Below, piece by piece: positions 20,740 through 29,457 of a stretch of DNA of 64,000 nt (position 1 is the first letter of the stretch; each line of letters begins with the position of its first letter). This DNA is from Candidatus Eiseniibacteriota bacterium (lineage in GTDB: Bacteria; Eisenbacteria; RBG-16-71-46; CAIMUX01; VGJL01): positions 64,001 through 128,000 of the forward strand of contig CAWBWI010000001.1 in the NCBI GenBank assembly GCA_963792585.1, read 5' to 3'. Below the pieces are notes generated by a model that saw only the letters and a list, made by a program, of their open reading frames with translations, was not told where the DNA came from and ran no database searches. The position numbers were made by a program, and so were the translations under genes.

Positions 20740-21809
20740 TCGTGCGCGGGGCGTCCGGGTCTTGTCTCGCAACGCGGGGACGGCGGACATCGCGCACATG
20801 GCTGCGCCTGTCGATTTCCGCGGGCATCGCGATCCTGGCGATGCTCGCGCGTGCGGGCATCGCGGGCGCTGCGGTGGAAGATGACCTGCAGATCGCCGTC
20901 CCGGCTGCGGATCGCGTGGACGCCGGTCTCTTCGCCCCGCACATCTACCTGAAGGCGTTGCATACTCTGAACCAGGACGATTCGACAGGGTCGCGGATCT
21001 CCACCCCTGGACACCCCGACGACCCTCTGGGCGACGCGCTCCATCTCTTTCGGGAGGTGGAGCGGCTCGCGCGAGGGGAGGCTGTCGCGATCGTCCGCAA
21101 TGCGCGCCTCCGGTACGCCGCGGTGGAGTCGATCGCGCTGCGGGCCCATGCTGAACGGGACGGAGGAGACGCCTACCGCGCGGCGGCCGCCCTGTCGGCC
21201 CGCGCGGAGAGCTTGACGGCGGATCCGGCTGCCGCGCGCGCGCAGTGGGACGAGGCGATCGACAGCCTCGTCGCCGCGATGGGCGCTGCGGAAAGGATGC
21301 AGGTCGCGGCGCTCGGCGGGACCCCCGCCCTTCCCTACACCGTCTACGATTCGTGTCCGTACGAAGGATGCTGCTACCGAATCTGGTTCGCGGAGCGCAG
21401 CCTCGTCGCGCGCGTCGATCCCGACAGCGCATCCACGGTCGCGTTTGAGATCCGCACCGGCGAAGGCGTCCTCGGGATCACGGGGATCCTGGTCACATCG
21501 CGCTTCGGGCACTGCACGCTCGATCCAAATCCCGATGAGGTGCGGCAAGGGATGAAACCCGAACCGATCGTGGTGGTCGGATACGAGGGCGAGGGATTCG
21601 TTCGCGCGGTTTACCGCGGTCGCCTCGTGATCGTGGAGTGCGACTGGGACAAGGAGATCGTCGAGCCCTCCTACGTCTGGTGGGCGCTGGTGCAGAACCG
21701 GGACGGGAAGACCGGCTGGATCGTGGGAGGCCCCCGCGACGGGCACTATCTCTACAATCAGGATGCGATCGAGTTCAACTCCTACAACAGAGAGATGTGG
21801 TGCCGGTGA
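20736..21809 (+). CDS. Hypothetical secreted protein, possible C-terminal SH3-like domain
   Basis: ATGA overlap with the upstream gene; signal-like helix; CPYEGCCY; WWALVQNRDGKTGWI. Confidence 0.6.
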   Translation: MIVRGASGSCLATRGRRTSRTWLRLSISAGIAILAMLARAGIAGAAVEDDLQIAVPAADRVDAGLFAPHIYLKALHTLNQDDSTGSRISTPGHPDDPLGDALHLFREVERLARGEAVAIVRNARLRYAAVESIALRAHAERDGGDAYRAAAALSARAESLTADPAAARAQWDEAIDSLVAAMGAAERMQVAALGGTPALPYTVYDSCPYEGCCYRIWFAERSLVARVDPDSASTVAFEIRTGEGVLGITGILVTSRFGHCTLDPNPDEVRQGMKPEPIVVVGYEGEGFVRAVYRGRLVIVECDWDKEIVEPSYVWWALVQNRDGKTGWIVGGPRDGHYLYNQDAIEFNSYNREMWCR

Positions 21810-21946
21810 TGAAAGAGGACGCGGATCGCAGGGCGCCCGATCGCGAAGCTGCGAGCCTACGCGTGCGGGGTTTTGCGCGGGAGTGTGTTCAGCAGTTAGA
21901 ATGCGTGCGCACCCTTTCGAGGAGCGCTGCAAAGAACGATGACGAT

Positions 21947-22030
21947 GCCGGGATGGCGGAACTGGTAGACGCAGCGGATTTAAAATCCGCCGGGCGCAAG
22001 CCCATCGGGGTTCGATCCCCCGTCCCGGCA
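21947..22030 (+). tRNA. tRNA-Leu (anticodon TAA), CCA not encoded
   Basis: Acceptor stem GCCGGGA/TCCCGGC+A; D-loop TGGTAGAC; anticodon arm GCGGA-TTTAAAA-TCCGC; long variable arm GGGC-GCAA-GCCC; GGTTCGATCCC. Confidence 0.95.
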
Positions 22031-22172
22031 GATTGCAGCGAAAGAAGTTAGCGAACCGGCAAGACCCCCGCCGCGTTCCCCGCGGGGAGCAATGCAAACA
22101 ATTTGCAAACCAATCCCTGTGAGCATCTCCCGTATCGAGGTGGGTCGCGGTCGGGGCCGGGTCGACATGACG

Positions 22173-22203
22173 AACGGCGGCTCCCCTGAAGGGAGCCGCC
22201 GTT
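22173..22203. terminator. GC-rich hairpin (copy 1 of a repeated element)
   Basis: AACGGCGGCTCCC-CTGAA-GGGAGCCGCCGTT. Confidence 0.75.
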
Positions 22204-22258
22204 GGTTATCTAGGAGGGAGGAGGTTTTACGGAATCGCGTGTGTCCATTCCTGCATGA

Positions 22259-22798
22259 TCATGTCTTCTTGATTTTCTTCCTCGATGCCGCCAATCCAAT
22301 CAGCCCGGCGCCAACAAGGAGCAGGGTTGCCGGTTCCGGGATGGGTGTCACGTATTCGCGACCGAAGCTGCTGCTACCGAACTCGGAGATGCCGTTACCA
22401 GGATCCCCGGGATTGGTGTTGTTTGGGGCTTCATAGCCCGTCAACCTCGCTGTCCCGGTCGGCCCGTAAGCCCTCCCGTAGGAGATCCGCGCGATGGGAT
22501 CAAGGGCAACTGTCGCGACATCAAAGGTGTTTGTTGCGAGCGTGGCGTCCGTGCTCCTGGTCGCCGAATTCCCGCCCTGCCAATCCGTGCCGCTCTCTGG
22601 AATTCCATTGAGGACACCCGCAGAGCCGCTGCGATCAGCCGTCGGCTTGTTGGACACGTGTCCGAAACTCTGCGCCCATCCCAGCACCGGCGAGGCCGCC
22701 ACCGGGGGAGCGAAGATGATGGCACTCAAGGCCGTCACTGCCAACAGAGTCTGGAACTTGCCCATTCCACTCGATAGATCTCTCATCGATCTCTCCAT
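22259..22798 (-). CDS. PEP-CTERM sorting domain protein (start uncertain)
   Basis: Signal peptide; C-terminal PIPEPATLLLVGAGLIGLAASRKKIKK. Confidence 0.85.
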   Translation of the reverse strand: MERSMRDLSSGMGKFQTLLAVTALSAIIFAPPVAASPVLGWAQSFGHVSNKPTADRSGSAGVLNGIPESGTDWQGGNSATRSTDATLATNTFDVATVALDPIARISYGRAYGPTGTARLTGYEAPNNTNPGDPGNGISEFGSSSFGREYVTPIPEPATLLLVGAGLIGLAASRKKIKKT

Positions 22799-23237
22799 TC
22801 TCCAGGCTGGTGGGAAGAGTCACACTTCCATCGCCCCAACCCTGCGACCACAATCGGATGCGGACTGGCTGTCCGGCTTGGTGATGGTGCTGCTAATGGC
22901 GATCGTTCTGATATGGGACTTTCGCCGTATCGCGCGAATTCGCCCTCGTGTCCGGGCGGTATGTGTTCCACGCCCCTAGCTCCACCATTCTGATCGGGTC
23001 GTTCCAACCAGCGATCGCCCGGGTCACGCGCGCTCTGATCCAACGGCGCCTGGCCTAAGGCGTTAGCGAATCCTCACGGAATCGACCGCACATGGTCCTG
23101 AACTTGCTGCGTACTTCGTGAATCGAGCAACGCCGGAGCAGGCTTGGCAAAGTACGACCGCAAATGAGCCGCGGGCAACCGGCGCGGCGTTGGTCTTGCG
23201 AGAGGGTCCGAGTGCTGAAAGAGGGTAGGAACGATAT

Positions 23238-23354
23238 ATGGGCGACATGGGTGGTGGTTGGCTCGGCGGATGGATGGTCGTGTGGGGGATCGTTGGGGTC
23301 GCGGCACTGATCATGCTGGCTGTGTATCTGCTGCAAAGGCGACGCAGTTGGTAG
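23238..23354 (+). CDS. 38-aa single-TM small protein (not in the ORF track)
   Basis: Purine-rich SD GAGGGTAGGA; MGDMGGGWLGGWMVVWGIVGVAALIMLAVYLLQRRRSW*. Confidence 0.65.
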   Translation: MGDMGGGWLGGWMVVWGIVGVAALIMLAVYLLQRRRSW

Positions 23355-23436
23355 GCCGTGACTTTGCCGGCTCCTGCGGCCACCCGGTCTCGCCTTCACC
23401 GGCGCACCCTTGGCGTCATTCTGAGGAGGGTCGACC

Positions 23437-23886
23437 GTGACCAACCTGGCTCGTCGTGGCAGGGCGCAGATGTTGTCGGTGATCGTGCTCTTCGCGCTCA
23501 TCGGAGTCAGCGTGCAGGTTCTGCACATAGCTCATGGAAGTCAACTCACCTATGGACTCTCCTTCAACGTGGGGCTGCTCCTGCTGGCAGTACTTCTCTA
23601 TGCCGGCCACGGGGGATTTCGGATCGTCTACGGCCTGCTGCTACTCGTCTCGGCATTTGCGCTCGTCTTCGTGGGACTGACCAGGGCCATCGATGGTGTC
23701 GAGACCGCATGGTTCCTTCCCGTCATGTCCGCCGTCCTCATGTACTGCTGCTGGGTGACTCTCGTCTCCAAATCGGCAAGGCAGTTCCTTGCGGAAGGTC
23801 GGAGTGACTCGCGGCCGTGGTGGAGAATTGGCTTACTGAAGCCCTGTCGCGGCCGCTCCGCAGATGCGACGGTAGCGCAGCAGTAG
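23437..23886 (+). CDS. Four-TM hypothetical protein, paralog of 28790..29185
   Basis: SD GAGGAGG with GTG start; RGRAQMLSVI; GLTRAIDG; SKSARQFL. Confidence 0.75.
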   Translation: MTNLARRGRAQMLSVIVLFALIGVSVQVLHIAHGSQLTYGLSFNVGLLLLAVLLYAGHGGFRIVYGLLLLVSAFALVFVGLTRAIDGVETAWFLPVMSAVLMYCCWVTLVSKSARQFLAEGRSDSRPWWRIGLLKPCRGRSADATVAQQ

Positions 23887-24060
23887 GATCGAGAGAGGCC
23901 TCCGGGTCGGTTGGCTCTGCCGGGGCTTCCGGTCATTTGGGAGACTCGAACGGCGCCTGTAAATGTGACACTGGTTTGTAGCTCTTACGTGGTGTCCTAG
24001 GGCAAGAGGTCACCCTCGAAGAGAATTCGCCTCGTGATCCCGCTGAAGCACGTCGCCTGA

Positions 24061-24077
24061 TCGGCACGCTCGTTGCT
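24061..24077 (+). promoter_or_regulatory. Sigma54 (-24/-12) promoter
   Basis: TCGGCACGCTCGTTGCT with exact GG-N10-GC spacing, about 40 bp upstream of ATG 24116. Confidence 0.7.
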
Positions 24078-24115
24078 CATCACCATTCCGGGCCGATTCT
24101 GAAAGGAGAGTGATC

Positions 24116-24352
24116 ATGACTTCACGATGCGAGGTATGCGGGAATGTGTATGACAAAGCATTCGAGGTCGTCATGAACGGCGAATCGCACGTTTTCGACA
24201 GCTTTGAGTGCGCGATTCACGCGCTGGCTCCCGAGTGTGCCCACTGCCATGGCAGGATCATCGGCCACGGCGCCGAGGCCTTTGGCGAGATGTACTGCTG
24301 CGCCCACTGCGCGATGCAGGAGGGGGTCGAAGCGGTGCGAGACCGAGCGTAG
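24116..24352 (+). CDS. Small Cys/His-rich metallothionein-like protein
   Basis: SD AAAGGAG; CEVCGN...FDSFECAIH...CAHCHGRIIGHG...YCCAHCA. Confidence 0.85.
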   Translation: MTSRCEVCGNVYDKAFEVVMNGESHVFDSFECAIHALAPECAHCHGRIIGHGAEAFGEMYCCAHCAMQEGVEAVRDRA

Positions 24353-24479
24353 GTTACATAGTTGACGAGCCCATCCCACATCCGTGGATCGTCCCCGCCG
24401 GTTCGCAGATGGACGACGCTTTCCCATCGATCATCCGGGGAGGGATGAATTCGTTTGGGTCGGCGATAGGAGGTTCTTC

Positions 24480-24641
24480 GTGATCCGAAAGCTGAAGTCC
24501 GGCGGATACCGGCTCTATGCGCGGAAGAAGAACGCGAAGACAGGCAAGCGCCGGAATCTGGGGACTTTCAGGACCCGGGTGGCGGCCGAGAGGCACGAGC
24601 GGGCGATCCAGTTCTTCAAGCACAAGGCTGGTTCGGTCTGA
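24480..24641 (+). CDS. Small basic conserved hypothetical protein
   Basis: SD AGGAGG with GTG start; IRKLKSGGYRLYARKK...RRNLGTF...HERAIQFFKH. Confidence 0.75.
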   Translation: MIRKLKSGGYRLYARKKNAKTGKRRNLGTFRTRVAAERHERAIQFFKHKAGSV

Positions 24642-24723
24642 GCGTTGCCGGAGCGGGCGCGGGTTTCGGGTCTCTCGAGTCGGCTCAGACGCTGCATCGA
24701 TGCAGCCATGAAGGAGCAGGACG

Positions 24724-25227
24724 ATGCCCACCACAAAGCAGCGACAGGCGGTCAAGGGGAGTGTCAAGCAGGCACCCGCGAAGCGGGATTCCATCGGGCG
24801 AGGCGGGCGCGCCCGCACGCATCCGCACGGCGGTCGGGCCAAGCCGGGATCGACAGGCGAGGGGGAGTACTTCCACATCGGGGTGCGCCCCAAGAGCGAC
24901 TTCGTGGCCTTCCGCACGCAGGATGTCGGTGAGCCGGGCGGTATCCAGAGAGTGGCCGGGAAACGCGAGAGCGGCTCATGGGACACGCAGAAGTGGCTGA
25001 TCAGCAAGGAACTGGCCCACATCGAGGGTGATCGGCTCGTTCCCGACACCGAGCCGGCGCGAGAGGTCTTGAAGTCCCTCGGCTCTGCACCCGTGCGCAT
25101 CGAAGAGGATCGCTTCAGCGCGAAGCCGCCCCGCAACATCCCGGAGCGCGAGAAGCCTACTCCTGCGCAGCAGGCGGCGCGCAGGCGAAACATCAAGAAG
25201 GCACAGGCTGCCAGACAGAAGACGTGA
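24724..25227 (+). CDS. Conserved hypothetical basic protein
   Basis: SD AAGGAG/AGGA; EYFHIGVRPK...FRTQDVG...QRVAGKR...WLISK; NIKKAQAAR tail. Confidence 0.8.
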   Translation: MPTTKQRQAVKGSVKQAPAKRDSIGRGGRARTHPHGGRAKPGSTGEGEYFHIGVRPKSDFVAFRTQDVGEPGGIQRVAGKRESGSWDTQKWLISKELAHIEGDRLVPDTEPAREVLKSLGSAPVRIEEDRFSAKPPRNIPEREKPTPAQQAARRRNIKKAQAARQKT

Positions 25228-25342
25228 GGCCGAGCGCATCACGTATCGGCAACGCCCGGCGTCCGACGACGGCGATCCCGAGGGTCGCTGTCGTCGATGC
25301 GCTTCGGGTTGCGACGGGGCCGATACCATCGCTCGACAAGAC

Positions 25343-25375
25343 AAACGGCGGCTCCTTTGAGGGGAGCCGCCGTTT
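25343..25375. terminator. GC-rich hairpin (copy 2 of a repeated element)
   Basis: AAACGGCGGCTCC...GGAGCCGCCGTTT. Confidence 0.75.
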
Positions 25376-25791
25376 CCGGCATGGAAGGAGGAGGTCCTAC
25401 GTCGGATTCCAAATCCTCAGGGCACCAGCAGCATCCTCACCCCTTGTGACCCGCCCGAGGCCCCGCGCATTCTCAAGAAGGTCTTCCATCCCACCGCAAA
25501 GAACTACAAACTCGATCTCTTCTCGCCCGACGACGGAGTATACGAGTCCTCCGCGGTCACGACGAGCCTGGATCTGGATGCAAGAGGCTCTGGTTCTTCG
25601 TGGCCGGTCGGCGAGCTCAGGAGGAGACGCTGGCCGAGTTGAAGGGCGGCTTCGCGATCGATACGATCCTGACGAAGCGCTACGCGGCAAGCAGCGCCTG
25701 GCAGTGGATCAGCGTCCTGGCGCACAATAATCTGAAAGACAGCCCTCGCGACTCGATCGAATCCGCCGTCGCGGGTTGAAGGACCGATACC

Positions 25792-27900
25792 ATGAATGAT
25801 GTCAATCGCATACATCGCGGGCACAGAGGCGATCCACATGCCGGCCATGCGACGCCCAAGCGTCCCGTAGACACGCCCAAGCGTCCCGTAGAGACGGCTG
25901 GCGGCCACGTGGGACACGATCGTCATGCCGGCCACTCCGTGGCCATGTTCCGAGACAAGTTCTGGCTGAGCCTCGCACTGACCGTGCCGGTCGTCATCTG
26001 GTCCGTGGAGGTGCAACACTGGCTCGGATATTCCGCGCCGACCTTCCCGGGATCCACGCTCATCGCCCCGATCCTGGGGAGCGCGGTGTTCTTCTATGGA
26101 GGCCTCGTCTTCCTCCGTGGGGCGCGCGGTGAGCTCAACGTCAGACGACCGGGCATGATGACACTCATCAGTCTGGCGATCACGGTCGCCTTCATCGCCT
26201 CTCTGGCGGCGTCCCTCCGGTTCTTCGACGTCGACGTCTGGTGGGAGCTCGCGACGCTGATCACGATTATGCTCCTTGGCCACTGGCTGGAGATGCGGGC
26301 GATCGCTCAGGCACGCGGAGCTCTTGGGGCGCTGGCGGCGCTGCTTCCCGACACCGCCGAGCGAGTGACCAGTGACACGATCGAGATCGTGCCGCTGGCG
26401 GCGCTGCGCATGGGTGACATTGTCCTCGCCCGCCCAGGCGCGCGAATCCCCGCGGACGGCGCGGTGGTCGACGGCGCCGCCGAGGTCGACGAATCGATGA
26501 TCACCGGCGAGTCGCGATCGGTCCCGAAGAAGGCAGGCTCGAGTGTCGTCGCTGGCACCGTAGCGGGTGGCGGCAGCCTCCGGATCAGGGTCACGGCGGT
26601 CGGAGAGAAGACGGCACTTTCGGGGATCATGCGACTCGTCGCAGCGGCTCAGGCTTCCGCTTCCCGGACACAGGCGCTCGCCGATCGCGCGGCGGCGCTT
26701 CTCTTCTATGTGGCGCTCGCCTCCGGCGCGGCCACACTCGCGTACTGGTGGATTTCCGGCGACCTCGGACACGCGCTGACCCGAATGACGACGGTCCTGG
26801 TCATCGCCTGCCCGCACGCCCTCGGCCTGGCGATCCCGCTCGTGATCGCGATCTCGACATCGGTCGGCGCGCGAAACGGGCTGCTCATCAAGGATCGCCT
26901 GGCGCTCGAGCGCGCTCGAAACCTGGACATCGTGATCTTCGACAAGACGGGGACGCTGACCCGGGGTGCGCCCACGCTCTCGGGCGTATCGGCTGCTCAT
27001 GGCGCGAGTGAAGACGAGCTTCTCACCCTCGCCGCTGCCGTCGAGGCGGATTCCGAGCATCCTTTGGCCCGGGCGATCGTGGAAGCGGCGGAGCGTCGCC
27101 GGCTGCCCACCCGCCGGGCGACCGGCTTCGAGGCACTCTCCGGTCGGGGCGCGCGAGCGACAGTGGACGGCCGCAGCATAGCCGTCGGCGGTCCACGACT
27201 CCTCGCGGAGGTCGGCGCCCCCGTCCCGCCGGAGGTTGAGGTCACCGCAACGACCTGGGCTGCCGCCGGGAATTCGGTGCTCTACGTCGTCGCTGACGGC
27301 CAAGTCCTCGGCGCGCTTGGGGTCGAGGACGCGATCCGCCCGGAGTCCGTCGCCGCCGTCGTGTCCCTTCACCGGCTCGGCGTGCGCGTTGCGATGCTCA
27401 CGGGCGACTCCCAGGCCGTGGCAGCCGCGGTTGCGGGCCGGCTCGGCATCGACGAAGTCGCGGCCCAGATTCTTCCGGCGGACAAGGCCGCGACCGTCGC
27501 ACGGTTCCAGTCCGGTGGCAAGCGGGTCGCAATGGTCGGCGACGGCGTCAACGATGCGCCGGCGCTGGCCGCTGCGGACGTGGGGATTGCCATCGGCGCC
27601 GGGACCGATGTGGCGGTGGAGTCGGCCGGGATCGTCCTTGTACGCGACGATCCGCGTGACGTCCTGGGGGCGATCCAGCTTTCGCGGGCCACCCATCGCA
27701 AGATGGTCCAGAACCTCGTCTGGGCGACCGGTTACAACCTCGTCGCGATCCCGATCGCCGCCGGTGTGCTCGTCCCATGGGGGATCGACCTGCCGATGAG
27801 CGTCGGGGCGATCGCGATGAGCGCCTCCACCATCGTCGTGGCCTTGAACGCGCAACTCCTTCGCCGGCTGAAGCTGCGGTCCGAGGAAGAGCCGGCGTGA
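25792..27900 (+). CDS. copB: Copper-translocating P1B-3-type ATPase (CopB-like)
   Basis: His-rich N-terminus; TGES; CPH; DKTGT; SEHP; GDGVNDAP; YN and MSAST TM motifs. Confidence 0.9.
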   Translation: MNDVNRIHRGHRGDPHAGHATPKRPVDTPKRPVETAGGHVGHDRHAGHSVAMFRDKFWLSLALTVPVVIWSVEVQHWLGYSAPTFPGSTLIAPILGSAVFFYGGLVFLRGARGELNVRRPGMMTLISLAITVAFIASLAASLRFFDVDVWWELATLITIMLLGHWLEMRAIAQARGALGALAALLPDTAERVTSDTIEIVPLAALRMGDIVLARPGARIPADGAVVDGAAEVDESMITGESRSVPKKAGSSVVAGTVAGGGSLRIRVTAVGEKTALSGIMRLVAAAQASASRTQALADRAAALLFYVALASGAATLAYWWISGDLGHALTRMTTVLVIACPHALGLAIPLVIAISTSVGARNGLLIKDRLALERARNLDIVIFDKTGTLTRGAPTLSGVSAAHGASEDELLTLAAAVEADSEHPLARAIVEAAERRRLPTRRATGFEALSGRGARATVDGRSIAVGGPRLLAEVGAPVPPEVEVTATTWAAAGNSVLYVVADGQVLGALGVEDAIRPESVAAVVSLHRLGVRVAMLTGDSQAVAAAVAGRLGIDEVAAQILPADKAATVARFQSGGKRVAMVGDGVNDAPALAAADVGIAIGAGTDVAVESAGIVLVRDDPRDVLGAIQLSRATHRKMVQNLVWATGYNLVAIPIAAGVLVPWGIDLPMSVGAIAMSASTIVVALNAQLLRRLKLRSEEEPA

Positions 27901-28115
27901 CTGCCGCGACCCGGAGGGCTCTGTTCAGACCCGATGCCAGAATCCCTCTAGAAGATCAGAAGGAGCTCTGCCGCTGCCGCCCGGCGATGTCATGGACCTC
28001 ATGTTTCGCTGGGTACATCCCGGACCATGAGACCCAGTGCTGTCCTTGTGCTCTCCACTCCAGCTCAGTACCATGTATGCCGATCGGTCGACGGAGCTGC
28101 GAGGTTGCCTGACCT

Positions 28116-28751
28116 ATGACGATGGGCAGGCGGGGAGGCCGCTCCATGAACCTCTGTCCGAACGTGATAATCCGCGTGCTCGTGATGGCGGCGGTCCTTC
28201 TCGCCCTGGGGAGCGTCCCGGCACGATCGCTTGACGCGCTTGCGCTCATCGATTCCGTCGGCAGCGCGACTGTGCCGCTTCCGGGGCTGACGACCGAGCA
28301 GCTCGTCAAGATCCGTCACGCCGCGTCGATGGAGCTGATCTACGGCGACTCCACGAGCCTCATCCGGCGGAGGTTCTCCAAAGGCGCAACCGCCTGGGAC
28401 GTACAGGAGCATGCGCTCGTCATCCAGAATACGCGCCCACTGCCGGCAGAGGCCGCCCTCCGGCAGATCCGCATCAAGAACCCGCCGAACGTCGGGGCCG
28501 CCGTTGTGATCGGTATCCCGACCGGGATTCTCCTGACTGTGGTTGCGGCAACCGTTTTTCACAACGACAGTCGCCCCCACAACGAGGGATATATCGACTT
28601 TCCGACCGGGCGCGAACTAGCGCTCATCGGCGCCGGCACATTCGTGGTCGGCCCTATCGTGGCGTATCGCCTGATGGGGCGGTGGCAGACGATCGACCTG
28701 GTGCACGACACGCAATCCGGATGGAGACGGGTCTTCCACCGGAAGCAATGA
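28116..28751 (+). CDS. Hypothetical exported/membrane protein (start uncertain)
   Basis: Signal-like N-terminus and two C-terminal hydrophobic segments. Confidence 0.6.
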   Translation: MTMGRRGGRSMNLCPNVIIRVLVMAAVLLALGSVPARSLDALALIDSVGSATVPLPGLTTEQLVKIRHAASMELIYGDSTSLIRRRFSKGATAWDVQEHALVIQNTRPLPAEAALRQIRIKNPPNVGAAVVIGIPTGILLTVVAATVFHNDSRPHNEGYIDFPTGRELALIGAGTFVVGPIVAYRLMGRWQTIDLVHDTQSGWRRVFHRKQ

Positions 28752-28789
28752 GCACCTGAATCCTTGGTTCTCCGTGAGGAGGGTGGATC

Positions 28790-29185
28790 ATGACGGAAAC
28801 AAGCGAACGCGGCAGGCAGCAGATGCTGTCGGTGATCCTGCTCCTGCTGTTGCTCGGCGTCGTGTCGCAGTTGACGCGTCAACGCGGCGACAATGGCATT
28901 CTCTTCGGGCAGTCCTTCGGGGTCATTCTGGTGCTGCTGGCGATCCTCGTCTACAACGGGCATCGGCGGTTTCGGGTCGTCACCGGCCTGCTCTTTCTCG
29001 CCGGGGCTCTGGCATTCATCTTCACGGGACTGACTCGGGCCATCGACGGCCTGCGGACCGCATGGTATCTCATCATCATGTCCGGCGCCTTGGCGTACGG
29101 CTCCTGGGTGATTCTCCGGTCCAGGTCGGCGAGGGAATTCCTCGAGGAGAAGCAGCGGGGGATGGATGAGGCCGCGGGGAGGTGA
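28790..29185 (+). CDS. Four-TM hypothetical protein, paralog of 23437..23886
   Basis: SD GAGGAGG; RGRQQMLSVI; GLTRAIDG; SRSAREFL. Confidence 0.8.
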   Translation: MTETSERGRQQMLSVILLLLLLGVVSQLTRQRGDNGILFGQSFGVILVLLAILVYNGHRRFRVVTGLLFLAGALAFIFTGLTRAIDGLRTAWYLIIMSGALAYGSWVILRSRSAREFLEEKQRGMDEAAGR

Positions 29186-29195
29186 CCCGGATCGC

Positions 29196-29400
29196 TCAGA
29201 ACCGCGCCTGGATCCCGAATAGCACCTGCCGCCCGGCGGTGAGCGTCTGCGGATTGTTCACCTGCGCCGTCGCCGTGCCGTTGCCCATGTCCACGATGTA
29301 ATCGCCGGTCTCATTGTGCTCATGGAAGTAGGCGAGGAAGTTCGCGCTGCTCACCTTCATCGGATAGACGTCGATGTCGACGCCGGGATCTTCCGGTTCG
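29196..29400 (-). pseudogene. Duplicated 3' end of the TonB-dependent receptor at 32097..34805
   Basis: VYPMKVSSANFLAYFHE...YIVDMGNGTATAQVNNPQTLTAGRQVLFGIQARF closely matches the receptor C-terminus; the DNA aligns with 32097..~32282. Confidence 0.9.
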
Positions 29401-29457
29401 GAGGTTGGTGAAGGCACCCCGCCTCCACATCGGAAGCGCCGACGCCCGATGGACGAA

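Noticed and set aside
28214..28223. CGTCCCGGCA matching the tRNA-Leu 3' end as a possible att duplicate
   Set aside because: It is only 10 bp, GC-rich and inside a CDS, so a chance match is plausible.
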